Part shown: positions 41,801 to 51,178 of the stretch, in pieces
Layout of the letters: every line of letters begins with the position of its first letter
Numbering within the stretch: the stretch's first letter is position 1
NCBI GenBank assembly: GCA_900542125.1
Contig: UQMO01000001.1
Span: forward strand, 4,876 to 68,875
Length of the DNA: 64,000 nucleotides
Direction: 5' to 3'
Source: an uncultured Collinsella sp.
GTDB lineage: Bacteria > Actinomycetota > Coriobacteriia > Coriobacteriales > Coriobacteriaceae
Notes under the pieces: model-generated
What the model saw: the letters and a program-made list of their open reading frames with translations, nothing else
What the model was told of the DNA's origin: nothing
Database searches by the model: none
Translations under genes and position numbers: made by a program

Positions 41801-42200
41801 GCTCGAATCTGACCCTACCGGTCGTGGTGCAAGCAAGACCTTCACCTATTACGTCCGTGAACAGCGGCCGACGACGCCGTTCACGAACTACGAGTATGAC
41901 CAGTCGGTCTATCAAATTACGGTCAAGGCGGCTGATAACTCTAAAGGCAAGATAGACATCTCTGCAACCTACAAGCAGATTCAAGATCGTAATGGTAATC
42001 TGGTGACCGACGACACTGAGCATACGTTCACCGACTCCACCCCCACCTTCACTAACACCTACTCCACCACGTTGCCCCTTTCTGGTATGTCGGGCGTCAC
42101 TCTGACGTACCTTGCCGGCGCGGCGGTGCTTTGCGTTGCTGCGGCCTGGATGCACATTCGTCGCAAGGCGAATGCGAAGGGAGGCGAGCGTCGTGAATAA
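38850..42200 (+). CDS. Large sortase-anchored pilus tip adhesin
   Basis: Signal peptide, acidic linker, GGG(I/V)/ITNN beta-helix-like repeats, C-terminal Ig-like pilin domains (FTNTY), LPLSG + TM + basic tail. Confidence 0.82.
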   Translation: MKANSEKTKQSKKATRHVLAGVLCGASVLSLVLSLVMPPISQAIANDAQAAPTEETVMGGGSSSESTGVDNTTNGDTENQNSDEVDGGEADSSNGVEQGQSEDQPEGELQVEDGESSDDGAVMAAAEGGQTEAAPVEINSADDLKNKLENASGVASFKLMNDVDTGGTIQLGKDGSKITLDLNGHKIKHESSSQPLFNITGGATLTVMDSQQAEVDDPTGDKYVCSDNTFSKNGNLASVAPDETSNIPTNLTYYVTGSSVNPDGISTTEALYKHEATIGGAIVACNSNDKLKLINLYGTNGKGGTFNLESGVLTQGQGCKVANLVYAENGSTVNMSGGYVCGASTGTSGTGAGIMVSNEKGAASTLNLTGGVIAGNYAPNGGGVYAKGSMVNVDGSIISGNGTFGSQSGYGAGICAFESTVNVTSGYITNNKYQFYQDTDSTNWVHKGGGCHGGGGIAAFNGGSLKINGGYITGNYSAEAGGGIYAGAWKQALSTFTFSGGTIASNVAQNSEGGGIRIAAPTVGVFEVANGSHAYITNNTTNTTNDWGGGGVFVQGGNSDENVNSATLKIYNALITNNSAEGYGGGFAACPTGKTAITDTNGIAIFGNRDENGAHLSGGTNGKNEDQPTTVKGGEITDTFKQNGHKDLFLIRKSDNSDYIAAVTGQMLGGGAANWRGTIDGQPPTTIGKYEGAQAKYMIGLDADPSDGDQGLARDNATLFITGNKSNIHGGGIMTNGDVVAGSTMQVSVYPKMKLNGTKALMGRALKDGEFKFQLLKQGTNKQDPSFADHKLRLNGCTKVGNGVTNDGGGNFAFNLGEVYSDDSIVYYLVEDPGDNPVSGVTCDETIYKIDPKVVKDEKKSHKVLDIEYTYYTVSSVAITTIAANGTTSVATVYPIPEGDVANVALTSSKTFTNTYTPYDSKGSWTPAATKVVKGGEMKKFTLQLATDKEFTSIVNDKSTKADGSKSQTLDFDEIEYKLNQLEKLESDPTGRGASKTFTYYVREQRPTTPFTNYEYDQSVYQITVKAADNSKGKIDISATYKQIQDRNGNLVTDDTEHTFTDSTPTFTNTYSTTLPLSGMSGVTLTYLAGAAVLCVAAAWMHIRRKANAKGGERRE

Positions 42201-43860
42201 GAAAGTTTGCTCCTTCCCGATCTTGTTTGCGCTGCTTGCCCTCCTGATCGGCACCTGCGCGGTTGTGTTCCCCGCATCCGCGCAGGCCGCGCCGACCTCG
42301 ACCGGTTCCATCACGGTGAGCGGCACCGTGGCGAGCAGCTACGACGCCTACCAGATCTTTAGCGCCAACGTCGTCGACGGCGACAACGACGCCAAGATCG
42401 CCACCGACCTCGCCTGGGCAAGCGACGCCGTGCGCGACGCCGCGCTGCCTGTGCTGCACAGCGCCGGCATGCCCAATTCCCAGACCACCGCGCAGGAAGC
42501 TGCCGAGTGGCTCAACACCGATTCTCACCTTACGAGTGCGCTGAGCGCACAGCTCGCTCGTTCCCTCCAGAGCTCTGGCCCCGTGCCCGTGGTCCTCAAC
42601 GCGAACACGGCGGCCGAGCTGCCCTGCGGCTACTGGCTCATCGTCGCCGACGACGACGCCATTTCCCAGAACGAGGCCGGCACCGCGCCGATCATGGCCC
42701 TGGTGGGCGGCAGCGCCGTCACCGTCAAGCCCAAGGCCGCGACCCCCAAGGTCGCCAAGCACGTGCTGGAGGACAGCACCGCCGCCTGGCAGAAGGCCGC
42801 CGATGCCACGATCGCCGACGACCTGTACTGGCGCCTCTCTGCCACGGTCCCCGCGGGGCTCACCGCCTACGACACCTATACGGTGTGGTTCGTCGACACC
42901 ATGAGCGCGGGGCTCGACCCCTCCAAGGTGGCCGCGAGCATGCATGTGTACGTGGCGGCGGGCGCGGACGGTGGCTTTGACGCCGTCTCGGCCGGTAAGG
43001 ACGGCCGCGCCGGCACCGAGCCCGCGAAGGGTTGGACCGACATCACGTCCCAGTGCGCCACCAAGGTGGCGGCGGACGGAACCTTCACCGTGCGCACCGG
43101 CGACCTCATCGCCGCGCTCGGCGGGGCCGACGCCTTCACCGCGGGCGCCCGCGTGGTCGCCGTGTACAACGCGCCGCTCAACAGCGCGTGCAACCACGGC
43201 ATCGCGAAGGGCAACGCCAACGAGGTCTACCTACGCTACCCGCGCTCTCCCTTTGCCGACCAGTCCGGCGACGCCGGCTTCACCCGCACGCCGAGCGACG
43301 ACGCGTGCGCCTACACCTGGGATCTCGCGCTCACCAAGCGCGGCAGCGACGGCGACAAGCCGCTTGCCGGGGCGGTCCTGAGCATCGCCGACGACCGCGG
43401 TCGCACGCTGGCGGCCGACGGCACGTGGGATGCGGATGGCAAGGCCACCGTCACCACGGGCGAGGACGGCCGCGTGACCGTCTCGGGCGTGGACTCGGGC
43501 AAGCTGGAGGTCCGCGAGCTCAAGGCGCCCAAGGGCTACACCGCCTTTGAGGGTACGCGCTCCGTGACGGTTAAGGCCGAGGGCCTGGACGTCGACCAGG
43601 TGGCCGCCGCCAAGCCCAAGCTCACCATCACGGCCGAGTTGCCCCTGCGCGCCGACAGCGCGGACGGGTCGACGGGCAGCCTGGAGGCGTCGCTCATCAA
43701 CACGCCCACCGGCACACCCCCTAGCATTACCACCGGAGGCTTTATGCCCTCGACTGGCGATATGGCAATGTACGCCGCGGCCGCCGCAGCGGTCGCCGGA
43801 GCCGCGCTCATCGTGGTCGCGCTCCTGGTCAAGCGGGGAGGTGGCAGCCATAAAGAGTAG
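42193..43860 (+). CDS. Isopeptide-type minor pilin
   Basis: GTG start after GGAGG, signal peptide, YDAYQIF, VKPK..TPKVAK, E-box VRELKAPKGY, MPSTG + TM + basic tail. Confidence 0.82.
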   Translation: MNKKVCSFPILFALLALLIGTCAVVFPASAQAAPTSTGSITVSGTVASSYDAYQIFSANVVDGDNDAKIATDLAWASDAVRDAALPVLHSAGMPNSQTTAQEAAEWLNTDSHLTSALSAQLARSLQSSGPVPVVLNANTAAELPCGYWLIVADDDAISQNEAGTAPIMALVGGSAVTVKPKAATPKVAKHVLEDSTAAWQKAADATIADDLYWRLSATVPAGLTAYDTYTVWFVDTMSAGLDPSKVAASMHVYVAAGADGGFDAVSAGKDGRAGTEPAKGWTDITSQCATKVAADGTFTVRTGDLIAALGGADAFTAGARVVAVYNAPLNSACNHGIAKGNANEVYLRYPRSPFADQSGDAGFTRTPSDDACAYTWDLALTKRGSDGDKPLAGAVLSIADDRGRTLAADGTWDADGKATVTTGEDGRVTVSGVDSGKLEVRELKAPKGYTAFEGTRSVTVKAEGLDVDQVAAAKPKLTITAELPLRADSADGSTGSLEASLINTPTGTPPSITTGGFMPSTGDMAMYAAAAAAVAGAALIVVALLVKRGGGSHKE

Positions 43861-43968
43861 CTGGCAGCCCCACAGAGAGCGGGGCGAGACGTAGCAAAGT
43901 AGATGCTAAGACACAGACAGATGATGACCGATCGAATGAGAATCAAACGGAAAACGGAGGAAAAGAAG

Positions 43969-45711
43969 ATGAGCATGAGCAAGAACATCGCACGCCTGGC
44001 AGTAACCGCCGGCCTCACAGCAGCGCTGAGCTTCGGCGGCGTGATGGCCCCGGTGACCATGGCGTTTGCTGAGGAAGCGACTACTACGACCAATAGCATC
44101 ACGATCAAAAAGAACAACGATAATGGCAGCGTGAAGTACAAGGCCTACCAGATTTTCGAGGCCGATGTCGTGGATGAGAGCGGCAAGACTGACAAGGTCG
44201 TTTCGAATGTTAAGTGGGCAACTGGCGTTAATGACATGACGCAAAAAGCCATTATTAGGGCCATCAACGACTATAATAAAGATGAAGCAGACGATCTGAC
44301 AACCGATGCCAGCCCGCAGGATGTTGCCAATTGGCTGACTGCCAACATTACCGGGACCACAAACACGACGGTTCTCAAAGACACCGATTTGCTCAATACG
44401 CTTGCTGGACTGGTTGCGAAGAATGTCAATCCGACTAACCCGACGGGCGTTGGAGAGGCTTCGTTTGGGGCGGGTACCAAGGTTTCTTTCGATAAATCTG
44501 GTTATTACCTGTTTCTGACTGACGCGGACACTTTGGCTTCGGATAAGTCGACGACCGGAAGCAAGAATACTGCCACTTCGCCGATTTATGCCGTCGTGGG
44601 CGCCGGCGATGTAGAGGTTACCGAGAAGACCAGTATCCCTACGGTCAATAAACAGGTTCTCGATGATACTGCCGGGAAAGGTAGCTGGAAGAACGTGGGC
44701 GACGCCTGGATTGGCCAGGTAATCGACTATAAGTTGACCGGTACTGTTGCGAGCAATATTGCCTCGTATGATGAGTACAAGTATAAGTTCCAGGACCATC
44801 TCTCTGTTGGACTGGACGCCGACTTGAGTACCGTTAAAGTTACTATTGGCGGTATTACCATCCCTCGTGTAGATGATTCTCAGCCCGCAAATGGCTATAC
44901 GGCAAGTCTTACGGAAACCCGGGACGATTCCGGGAAATCTACGGGCCATGATCTGACGATTTCCTTCGCTAACCTCAAGGCTGCTGCGGAGGCCAAAGGT
45001 GTTACACTCAATGAGAATTCCGAGGTCGTTGTGGAATACAAAGCAACGCTGACTGAGAAGGCTGAATATACTGCCGCCGGTAACACCAATGAGGTTAAGC
45101 TTGTCTATTCTAATAACCCCATGGTTGACGGTACTGGCACCTCCACGCCGAAGCGAGTTACTGACCATGTCTTCCGCCTGGATGTGACCAAGGTCGAAAA
45201 GGATAACGAGGGCCAAAAACTTCAAGCTACCTTCCAAGTTAAAATGACCAAAGAGGGAAATACTCCGCTTGAGACCAAAAAGTGGCTGACCCAAACTGGC
45301 GGCATTACCGACGAAGAGGAAAAGGCCGGAAAATTCACGACCAGCAAGGGCACTGACAAGATTTATATCCCTGGTCTTGTTGCAGGAACGTATGAGATTA
45401 CCGAATGCAATACTCCTGCTGGTTACAACACCCTTGCTCCGTTTACCATTACGGTGGATCCGACATACGACGATAACGGCAATCTGAAGACTCTCGATGT
45501 GACGTCCAGCGATACCGTTATGGTTACCCCCAAGAATACAAACGACGCGACCATCCCCGTCACCATTCGGAACAAGAAGGGCTCTGGCCTTCCTCTCACC
45601 GGTCTCAACGGCGTGACCTTCACTTGGATTGCTGGTGGTGCGGTGCTGTGCATTGGCGTGGCGCACCTCATCCGCAGCCGTAAGCGGGCTGAGGAGTCCG
45701 AGCAGGAGTAA
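43969..45711 (+). CDS. Backbone (major) pilin
   Basis: Signal peptide, YKAYQIF, VTEKTSIPTVNK pilin-motif-like segment, E-box YEITECNTPAGY, LPLTG + TM + basic tail. Confidence 0.85.
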   Translation: MSMSKNIARLAVTAGLTAALSFGGVMAPVTMAFAEEATTTTNSITIKKNNDNGSVKYKAYQIFEADVVDESGKTDKVVSNVKWATGVNDMTQKAIIRAINDYNKDEADDLTTDASPQDVANWLTANITGTTNTTVLKDTDLLNTLAGLVAKNVNPTNPTGVGEASFGAGTKVSFDKSGYYLFLTDADTLASDKSTTGSKNTATSPIYAVVGAGDVEVTEKTSIPTVNKQVLDDTAGKGSWKNVGDAWIGQVIDYKLTGTVASNIASYDEYKYKFQDHLSVGLDADLSTVKVTIGGITIPRVDDSQPANGYTASLTETRDDSGKSTGHDLTISFANLKAAAEAKGVTLNENSEVVVEYKATLTEKAEYTAAGNTNEVKLVYSNNPMVDGTGTSTPKRVTDHVFRLDVTKVEKDNEGQKLQATFQVKMTKEGNTPLETKKWLTQTGGITDEEEKAGKFTTSKGTDKIYIPGLVAGTYEITECNTPAGYNTLAPFTITVDPTYDDNGNLKTLDVTSSDTVMVTPKNTNDATIPVTIRNKKGSGLPLTGLNGVTFTWIAGGAVLCIGVAHLIRSRKRAEESEQE

Positions 45712-45811
45712 CGCTCGCCCACCCATCCCCTTGGCAGGTGGGATGTGATGGCCATGAGACTTGCGGACACTTTTCTCGTCCATCCACGTTCTTGCTTTGC
45801 CATTCTCTTTT

Positions 45812-45848
45812 CGGGGCAGACTCCGCACTGGAGTCTGCCCCGTTTTTT
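45812..45848 (+). terminator. Intrinsic terminator after pilin genes
   Basis: CGGGGCAGACTCC-GCACT-GGAGTCTGCCCCG followed by TTTTTT. Confidence 0.85.
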
Positions 45849-46014
45849 GGGAGAACGCAGCCAGGCTCCATTGCCGATGGATCGAGCGTATGAATATCGA
45901 ACAGATGTTTGCAATTATTGCGTTTACCAGCTGCGGGTGCATACGCTCGCAGTAAAATGGCCTTGCGACGCATCCCGTGCGCGGGCGGCCGACGACTCGA
46001 TCGGAGGTCCCCAA

Positions 46015-46167
46015 ATGCTGAAATTCCTTAACGCGCTCGCCGCCCTCGCGGCGGTGGGCACGTTCGTCATCGCGTTTCTTGACTCGTATGAGGTTCGGTT
46101 TAAGGTCCGTAGGCGCACGCGCGGTGCGGACGGTAGAAGGCATTTGCGCCACAACAAGCGCAAATAA
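46015..46167 (+). CDS. 50-aa membrane peptide, candidate type I toxin
   Basis: GGAGG 7 nt before ATG; MLKFLNALAALAAVGTFVIAFL hydrophobic helix followed by an Arg/Lys-rich tail. Confidence 0.6.
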   Translation: MLKFLNALAALAAVGTFVIAFLDSYEVRFKVRRRTRGADGRRHLRHNKRK

Positions 46168-46428
46168 GAATGCCCGGGGTTCGGAGCCCGGGCATTTAAC
46201 AAAACCAGAAAACTAGGCCGCCCGCGCTTTCGATCACTTACGCGGGATGCGTCGTTTCCTGTAGCTATTGTATCCCGAATCACTCTGTCGATTCGGGACA
46301 TTTTGAAAACTCAAATGCTGACCTATGCCCGACCGGATAATGCAGTCTGGCTGCGTTGTCCGAGGTAGGGGCTCGCGAATCGGCTATTATTTGTTTAGAC
46401 AACCTGAGCTATAGAGGAGTGACCGGCG

Positions 46429-47367
46429 ATGGTGCAGGGCGCCAAACATATGAAGGGCAATAACACCGCGGATAACGGCGGCTCGAGCCCGCAGCCCAAA
46501 CCTCAACCAAAGCCCAAACGCCGTCGCAAGCGACTGCCGCGCTGGGCCGACCGGCTCATCACCATCGTCATCATCCTTATTGGCGTGGGCCTTATGACCT
46601 GGCCGTGGATCTTGGACCGGCTCGAGGCCTCGGGCGTGTTCAACCAGATCAGCACCGTGTCCAGCACCGTGGACGCGCTGTCTGCCGAGGAGCGCGAGCG
46701 CATCCTGCTCCAGGCGCGTTCCTTTAACGAGCAACTGGCGGGCGAGGCCACCGAGCTTCCCGCCGACCAGATCGAGCCCTACGCCCAGCAGCTCATCTTT
46801 GACCGCGACCCCATGATGAGCTGGGTCGAGATCCCCTCCATCGACGTGAGCATGCCCATCTACCACGGCACGAGCGAGGAAGTCCTTATGGCGGGCGTCG
46901 GCCACCTGGAGGGCACGAGCCTGCCGGTGGGCGGCACCTCGACGCATTGCGTGCTCACCGCGCACTCGGGCATGCGCAACTTGAGCATGTTCGACGACAT
47001 CCACTCGCTGGAGCCCGGCGACCTGGTGCTGCTGCACACCATGAACAAGACGCTCGCCTACAAGATGGTGGACTCCGAGGTGGTGCTGCCCGAGGAGATG
47101 GAGTCGCTGACCATCGAGCCCGGCGCCGACAAGGTGACGCTCGTCACCTGCACGCCCTACGGCGTGAACGACCATCGCCTGCTGGTGCATTGCGTGCGCA
47201 CCAAGTACAGCAAGAAGGACGTCGACAAGCAAAAGTCGCTGGCCGGCCGCCACTGGGGCAAGCGCGAGTTTGCCGTGCTCATCGTGGTCGTAGCCATTGT
47301 GCTGTTGCTGCTGGACATCGTGATCCACGCGGTCCGCAAGCGCCGCAAGGCCAAGGCCTCGGCATAG
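46429..47367 (+). CDS. Class C (pilus) sortase
   Basis: N- and C-terminal TM segments, lid EPY, HLEGTSLPVGG, LTAHSG, TLVTCTPYGVNDHR. Start could be 46450. Confidence 0.93.
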   Translation: MVQGAKHMKGNNTADNGGSSPQPKPQPKPKRRRKRLPRWADRLITIVIILIGVGLMTWPWILDRLEASGVFNQISTVSSTVDALSAEERERILLQARSFNEQLAGEATELPADQIEPYAQQLIFDRDPMMSWVEIPSIDVSMPIYHGTSEEVLMAGVGHLEGTSLPVGGTSTHCVLTAHSGMRNLSMFDDIHSLEPGDLVLLHTMNKTLAYKMVDSEVVLPEEMESLTIEPGADKVTLVTCTPYGVNDHRLLVHCVRTKYSKKDVDKQKSLAGRHWGKREFAVLIVVVAIVLLLLDIVIHAVRKRRKAKASA

Positions 47368-47381
47368 GACATCGTTCAGAC

Positions 47382-47490
47382 CCACCACAATGGGGACAGG
47401 CATCTTTGTGGTGGTCGGGGCTTCCAAACCATCACAACATTCGATGAAAATCTCGATTTTGGTGAAAAGCGTCGAATGTTGTGATGGTTT
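47382..47490. repeat. GGGGACAGG hairpin plus copy 4 (inverted) of the 65-bp repeat
   Basis: CCACCACAATGGGGACAGGCATCTTTGTGGTGG (47382-47414); AAACCATCACAACATTCGA...TCGAATGTTGTGATGGTTT (47426-47490). Confidence 0.9.
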
Positions 47491-47670
47491 TCGTTGCGGG
47501 CTGGATGGTTTTCGCTATGGACGGGCGGTTTCGCTGCAGAACCGCCAGCCCGCAGCCTGCCAACCGCCGTCCTCGTTACGTTTTCGCTGCATTTGGGTAA
47601 AGCGCCTGCTCCAAGCCGGCGCCGCCCTGTATACTAGAGCGGTTTAACTGTTATGCGGAAGGGAGCGCCT

Positions 47671-47982
47671 ATGGCACTCAGCGAGAAAGACGTGCGCGGC
47701 ATCGCCGAGTACGCAAAGATCGCACTGACCGATGACGAGCTCACCCAGATGACGTCCTACCTGAACGACGCCGTCCAGATGCTCGAGCCCGTCTTGCAAT
47801 ATGACTTGCCCGACGTGGAGCCCACGTTCCATCCTATCGGAAGCCTGTCCAACGTGATGGGCGACGACCTGCGCGAGCCCGAGCGCGACCTGCCGCTCGA
47901 CGTTGCGCTCGAAAACGCCGGCAGCGCGCGCGACCGCTACTTCCGCGTGCCGTCCATTTTGGGAGAGGGGGAGAGCGAGTAA
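47671..47982 (+). CDS. gatC: Asp-tRNA(Asn)/Glu-tRNA(Gln) amidotransferase subunit C
   Basis: IAEYAKI, DVEPT and YFRVPSIL motifs; first gene of gatCAB. Confidence 0.92.
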   Translation: MALSEKDVRGIAEYAKIALTDDELTQMTSYLNDAVQMLEPVLQYDLPDVEPTFHPIGSLSNVMGDDLREPERDLPLDVALENAGSARDRYFRVPSILGEGESE

Positions 47983-49496
47983 TGGCGCAGAGCTTCGATT
48001 CCCTTACCGCCGCCCAGATCGCCGCGGGCGTTGCCGCCGGCGACTTTACCGCTACCGAGGTGGCCCAGGCCTCCCTTGCCGCCATCGAGGCGCGCGAGGG
48101 CGGGGTCCAGGCATTCCTGCAGGTGGCGCCCGAGCTTGCGCTCGAGGCCGCTGCGCGCGTGGATGCCGACCGTGCCGCAGGCAAGCAGCTGCCCCCGCTC
48201 GCGGGCGTGCCGCTGGCCATCAAGGACAACATGAACCTCGTGGGCACGCGCACCACCTGCGCTTCCCGCATGCTCGAGGACTACCAGAGCGTCTACACCG
48301 CCACCTGCGTCCAGCGCATGCTCGATGCCGGCTGCCTGCCCATGGGCAAGGCCAACATGGACGAGTTTGCCTTTGGCAGCTCCACCGAGAGCTCGGCGTT
48401 CCACCGCACCAACAACCCCTGGGATACCGAGCGCGTGCCCGGCGGCTCCTCGGGCGGCTCCGCTGCCGCCGTCGCCGCGGGCGAGGTCGCGCTCTCGCTG
48501 GGCTCGGACACCGGCGGCTCCATTCGCCAGCCGGCGTCGCTGTGCGGCGTGGTGGGTTTTAAGCCCACGTATGGCGCCGTGAGCCGTTACGGCGTGGTTG
48601 CCTTTGGCTCGTCGCTCGACCAGGTGGGTCCCTTCGGCCGCACGGTCGAGGATGTCGCGCTGGCCATGAACGCGCTTACCGGCGCGGGCCATGATCCGTA
48701 CGACTGCACCAGTCAGGATTGCGCCGTCGACTTTACCGAGCACCTCAACGACAGCATCGAGGGCAAGCGCGTGGGCATCATCCCTGCGTTTATGGAGGCC
48801 GAGGGCCTGACGCCCGAGGTCAAGGCCGCTGTTCAGCGCGCCGCCCAGGAGTTGCAGAACCAGGGCGCCGAGCTGGTCGAGGTCGACCTGCCGCACCTGG
48901 ACGCCGCCATCGCCGCCTACTATGTCATCGGCCCGGCCGAGGCGTTCTCCAACCTGGCCCGTTTCGACGGCATTCGCTACGGCTACCAGGAGGAGGGCTG
49001 CGCCAACCTGTCCGACCAGAGCTCGCTCTCGCGCGCCCACGGCTTTGGTGCCGAGGCCAAGCGCCGTCAGATGCTCGGCGCCTACCTGCTGAGCTCGGGC
49101 GTGTACGACAAGTACTACTACGCTGCGCAAAAGGCCCGCACGCTCATCACGCAGGACTACGACGCCGCGTATGCCAAGGTAGACACCATCCTCATGCCCG
49201 CCTCGCCGCGCACGGCCTTTAAGTTTGGCGAGATCAGCGACCCCACGCAGATGTACCTCTCCGACCTGTACACCATTTCGCTCAACATTTGCGGCAACGG
49301 TGGCATTTCGGTGCCGCTGGGCCTGGGCGAGGATACTCAGCTGCCTGTTTCTGCCCAGCTGGTGGGTCCGGCGTTTAAGGACCGTCAGTTGCTCACGTTT
49401 GCCCGCGCCCTGGAGCGCGGCTTTGCCGATGCCGCCACGGGTGCGCCCGCGCTTTCCGTCGCGCCCGATTTTGCCGGGAAGGGAGGCGAGCTGTAA
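47982..49496 (+). CDS. gatA: Amidotransferase subunit A
   Basis: IKDN, GGSSGGSAAAV and GSDTGGSIRQPA amidase signature. Confidence 0.96.
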   Translation: MAQSFDSLTAAQIAAGVAAGDFTATEVAQASLAAIEAREGGVQAFLQVAPELALEAAARVDADRAAGKQLPPLAGVPLAIKDNMNLVGTRTTCASRMLEDYQSVYTATCVQRMLDAGCLPMGKANMDEFAFGSSTESSAFHRTNNPWDTERVPGGSSGGSAAAVAAGEVALSLGSDTGGSIRQPASLCGVVGFKPTYGAVSRYGVVAFGSSLDQVGPFGRTVEDVALAMNALTGAGHDPYDCTSQDCAVDFTEHLNDSIEGKRVGIIPAFMEAEGLTPEVKAAVQRAAQELQNQGAELVEVDLPHLDAAIAAYYVIGPAEAFSNLARFDGIRYGYQEEGCANLSDQSSLSRAHGFGAEAKRRQMLGAYLLSSGVYDKYYYAAQKARTLITQDYDAAYAKVDTILMPASPRTAFKFGEISDPTQMYLSDLYTISLNICGNGGISVPLGLGEDTQLPVSAQLVGPAFKDRQLLTFARALERGFADAATGAPALSVAPDFAGKGGEL

Positions 49497-51172
49497 TGAA
49501 GGAGCTTTCCGAGGTCCTGCAGGATTGGGAGGCCGTGATCGGCCTGGAGATCCATACCGAGCTCACCGCACTCGATACCAAGATGTTCTGCAACTGCAAG
49601 CTCAGCCACGATGACGAGCCCAACGCCAACGTGTGCCCGGTGTGCCTGGGCCTGCCCGGCGCCCTGCCGGTGCCCAACAAGCGCGCCATCGAGAGCATCG
49701 TCAAAGCGGGTCTCGCCACCAACTGCGAGATCCAGCGTCACTCGATGTTCTACCGCAAGCACTACTTCTACCCCGACATGGCCAAGAACTTCCAAACCAC
49801 GCAGGGTCCGGTCGCTTTTGCCATGTACGGTCATCTGGACCTGGACGTGACCGGACGCGGTGCCGCCGAGCGCCCCGACTGCGCGTTTGGCGAGGCCGAG
49901 GCCCAGAGCCTGGCAAGCGCCTCGGCCAACGCCGAGGGCCTGTCCACGTCCATGTCGTCGACCATGCGCGAGGGCAACCAGCGCGCCGGCCACCTGGCCA
50001 GCTACGATGCGTCCAACCTGCAGATGCCCGAGCGCCGCGAGGACGGCTCCTACACGGTGCCCATCCGCATCCTGCGCATCCACATGGAGGAGGACGCCGC
50101 CAAGATGGTGCACGTGGGCGGTGCCGAGGGCCGCATTACCGCTGCGGCCGAGTCGCTCGTCGACTACAACCGCTGCGGCACGCCGTTGATCGAGCTCGTT
50201 ACCGAGCCCGATCTGCGCACGCCCGAGGAGGCCCGCCTGTTTATGGAGAAGCTCCGTCGCATCTTTGCGACGCTGGGCATTTCCGACTGCTCCATGGAGA
50301 AGGGTTCCATGCGCTGCGACGGCAACGTGTCGCTGCGTCGCCGTGGCGAGACCAAGCTGGGCACCAAGACCGAGCTCAAGAACCTCAACTCGTTCAAGAG
50401 CCTGCACGACGGTCTTGCCTACGAGATTTGCCGCCAGGCCGAGGTGCTCGAGGAGGGCGGCATCATCTATCAGGAGACCCGCCACTGGGAGCCCAGCCGC
50501 AAGCGCACCGTGGTCATGCGTGTGAAGGAGACGGCCGACGACTATCGCCTGTTCCCCGACCCCGACCTGGCTCCGTTCGACCTGGACGACGAGTTTATCG
50601 ACCGCTGCCGTGGCGAGATTCCCGAGCTGCCCGATGCCAAGCGCGCCCGTTTTGAGGCCGACTTTGGCATTAAGGCCGCCGATGCCGAGCAGATCGCCGG
50701 CGACCCCGAGTTTGCCGAGTTCTTTGAGGCCGCTGCTGCCGGTATGGCCGGCAAGGAGGCCCAGACGGTCGCGAACCTGCTGGTCAACGAGATGATTGCT
50801 TATCTTAAGGGCGCGGGCGTGTCGCTTGCCGAGTCCGGCATTGCGCCGGCTCAGGTGGCAGCGCTGGCCAAGCTGCTGGCGACCGATGCCATCAGCTCCA
50901 ACCAAGCGCACGAGGTCTTTGAGGCCATGGCCCAGACCGGCGACGACCCCAACAAGATCGTCGACGAGCGCGGTATGCGTCAGGTGAGCGATGCCGGCGC
51001 GCTGCAGCCGATCGTGGACGAGGTGCTGGCAAACTGTACCGATCAGGCGCAGCAGTATCGTGACGGCAACCAAAAGGTCATCGGCTTTTTGGTGGGCCAG
51101 TGCATGAAGGCGAGCCGCGGCAAGGGCAACCCGAAACTCTTCAACGAGTTGCTGAGAACGTCGCTCTCGTAG
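49496..51172 (+). CDS. gatB: Amidotransferase subunit B (with internal insertion)
   Basis: VIGLEIH, RKHYFYPD, HMEED, DYNRCGTPL and QETR motifs; YqeY-like tail. Confidence 0.96.
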   Translation: MKELSEVLQDWEAVIGLEIHTELTALDTKMFCNCKLSHDDEPNANVCPVCLGLPGALPVPNKRAIESIVKAGLATNCEIQRHSMFYRKHYFYPDMAKNFQTTQGPVAFAMYGHLDLDVTGRGAAERPDCAFGEAEAQSLASASANAEGLSTSMSSTMREGNQRAGHLASYDASNLQMPERREDGSYTVPIRILRIHMEEDAAKMVHVGGAEGRITAAAESLVDYNRCGTPLIELVTEPDLRTPEEARLFMEKLRRIFATLGISDCSMEKGSMRCDGNVSLRRRGETKLGTKTELKNLNSFKSLHDGLAYEICRQAEVLEEGGIIYQETRHWEPSRKRTVVMRVKETADDYRLFPDPDLAPFDLDDEFIDRCRGEIPELPDAKRARFEADFGIKAADAEQIAGDPEFAEFFEAAAAGMAGKEAQTVANLLVNEMIAYLKGAGVSLAESGIAPAQVAALAKLLATDAISSNQAHEVFEAMAQTGDDPNKIVDERGMRQVSDAGALQPIVDEVLANCTDQAQQYRDGNQKVIGFLVGQCMKASRGKGNPKLFNELLRTSLS

Positions 51173-51178
51173 CTGCGA

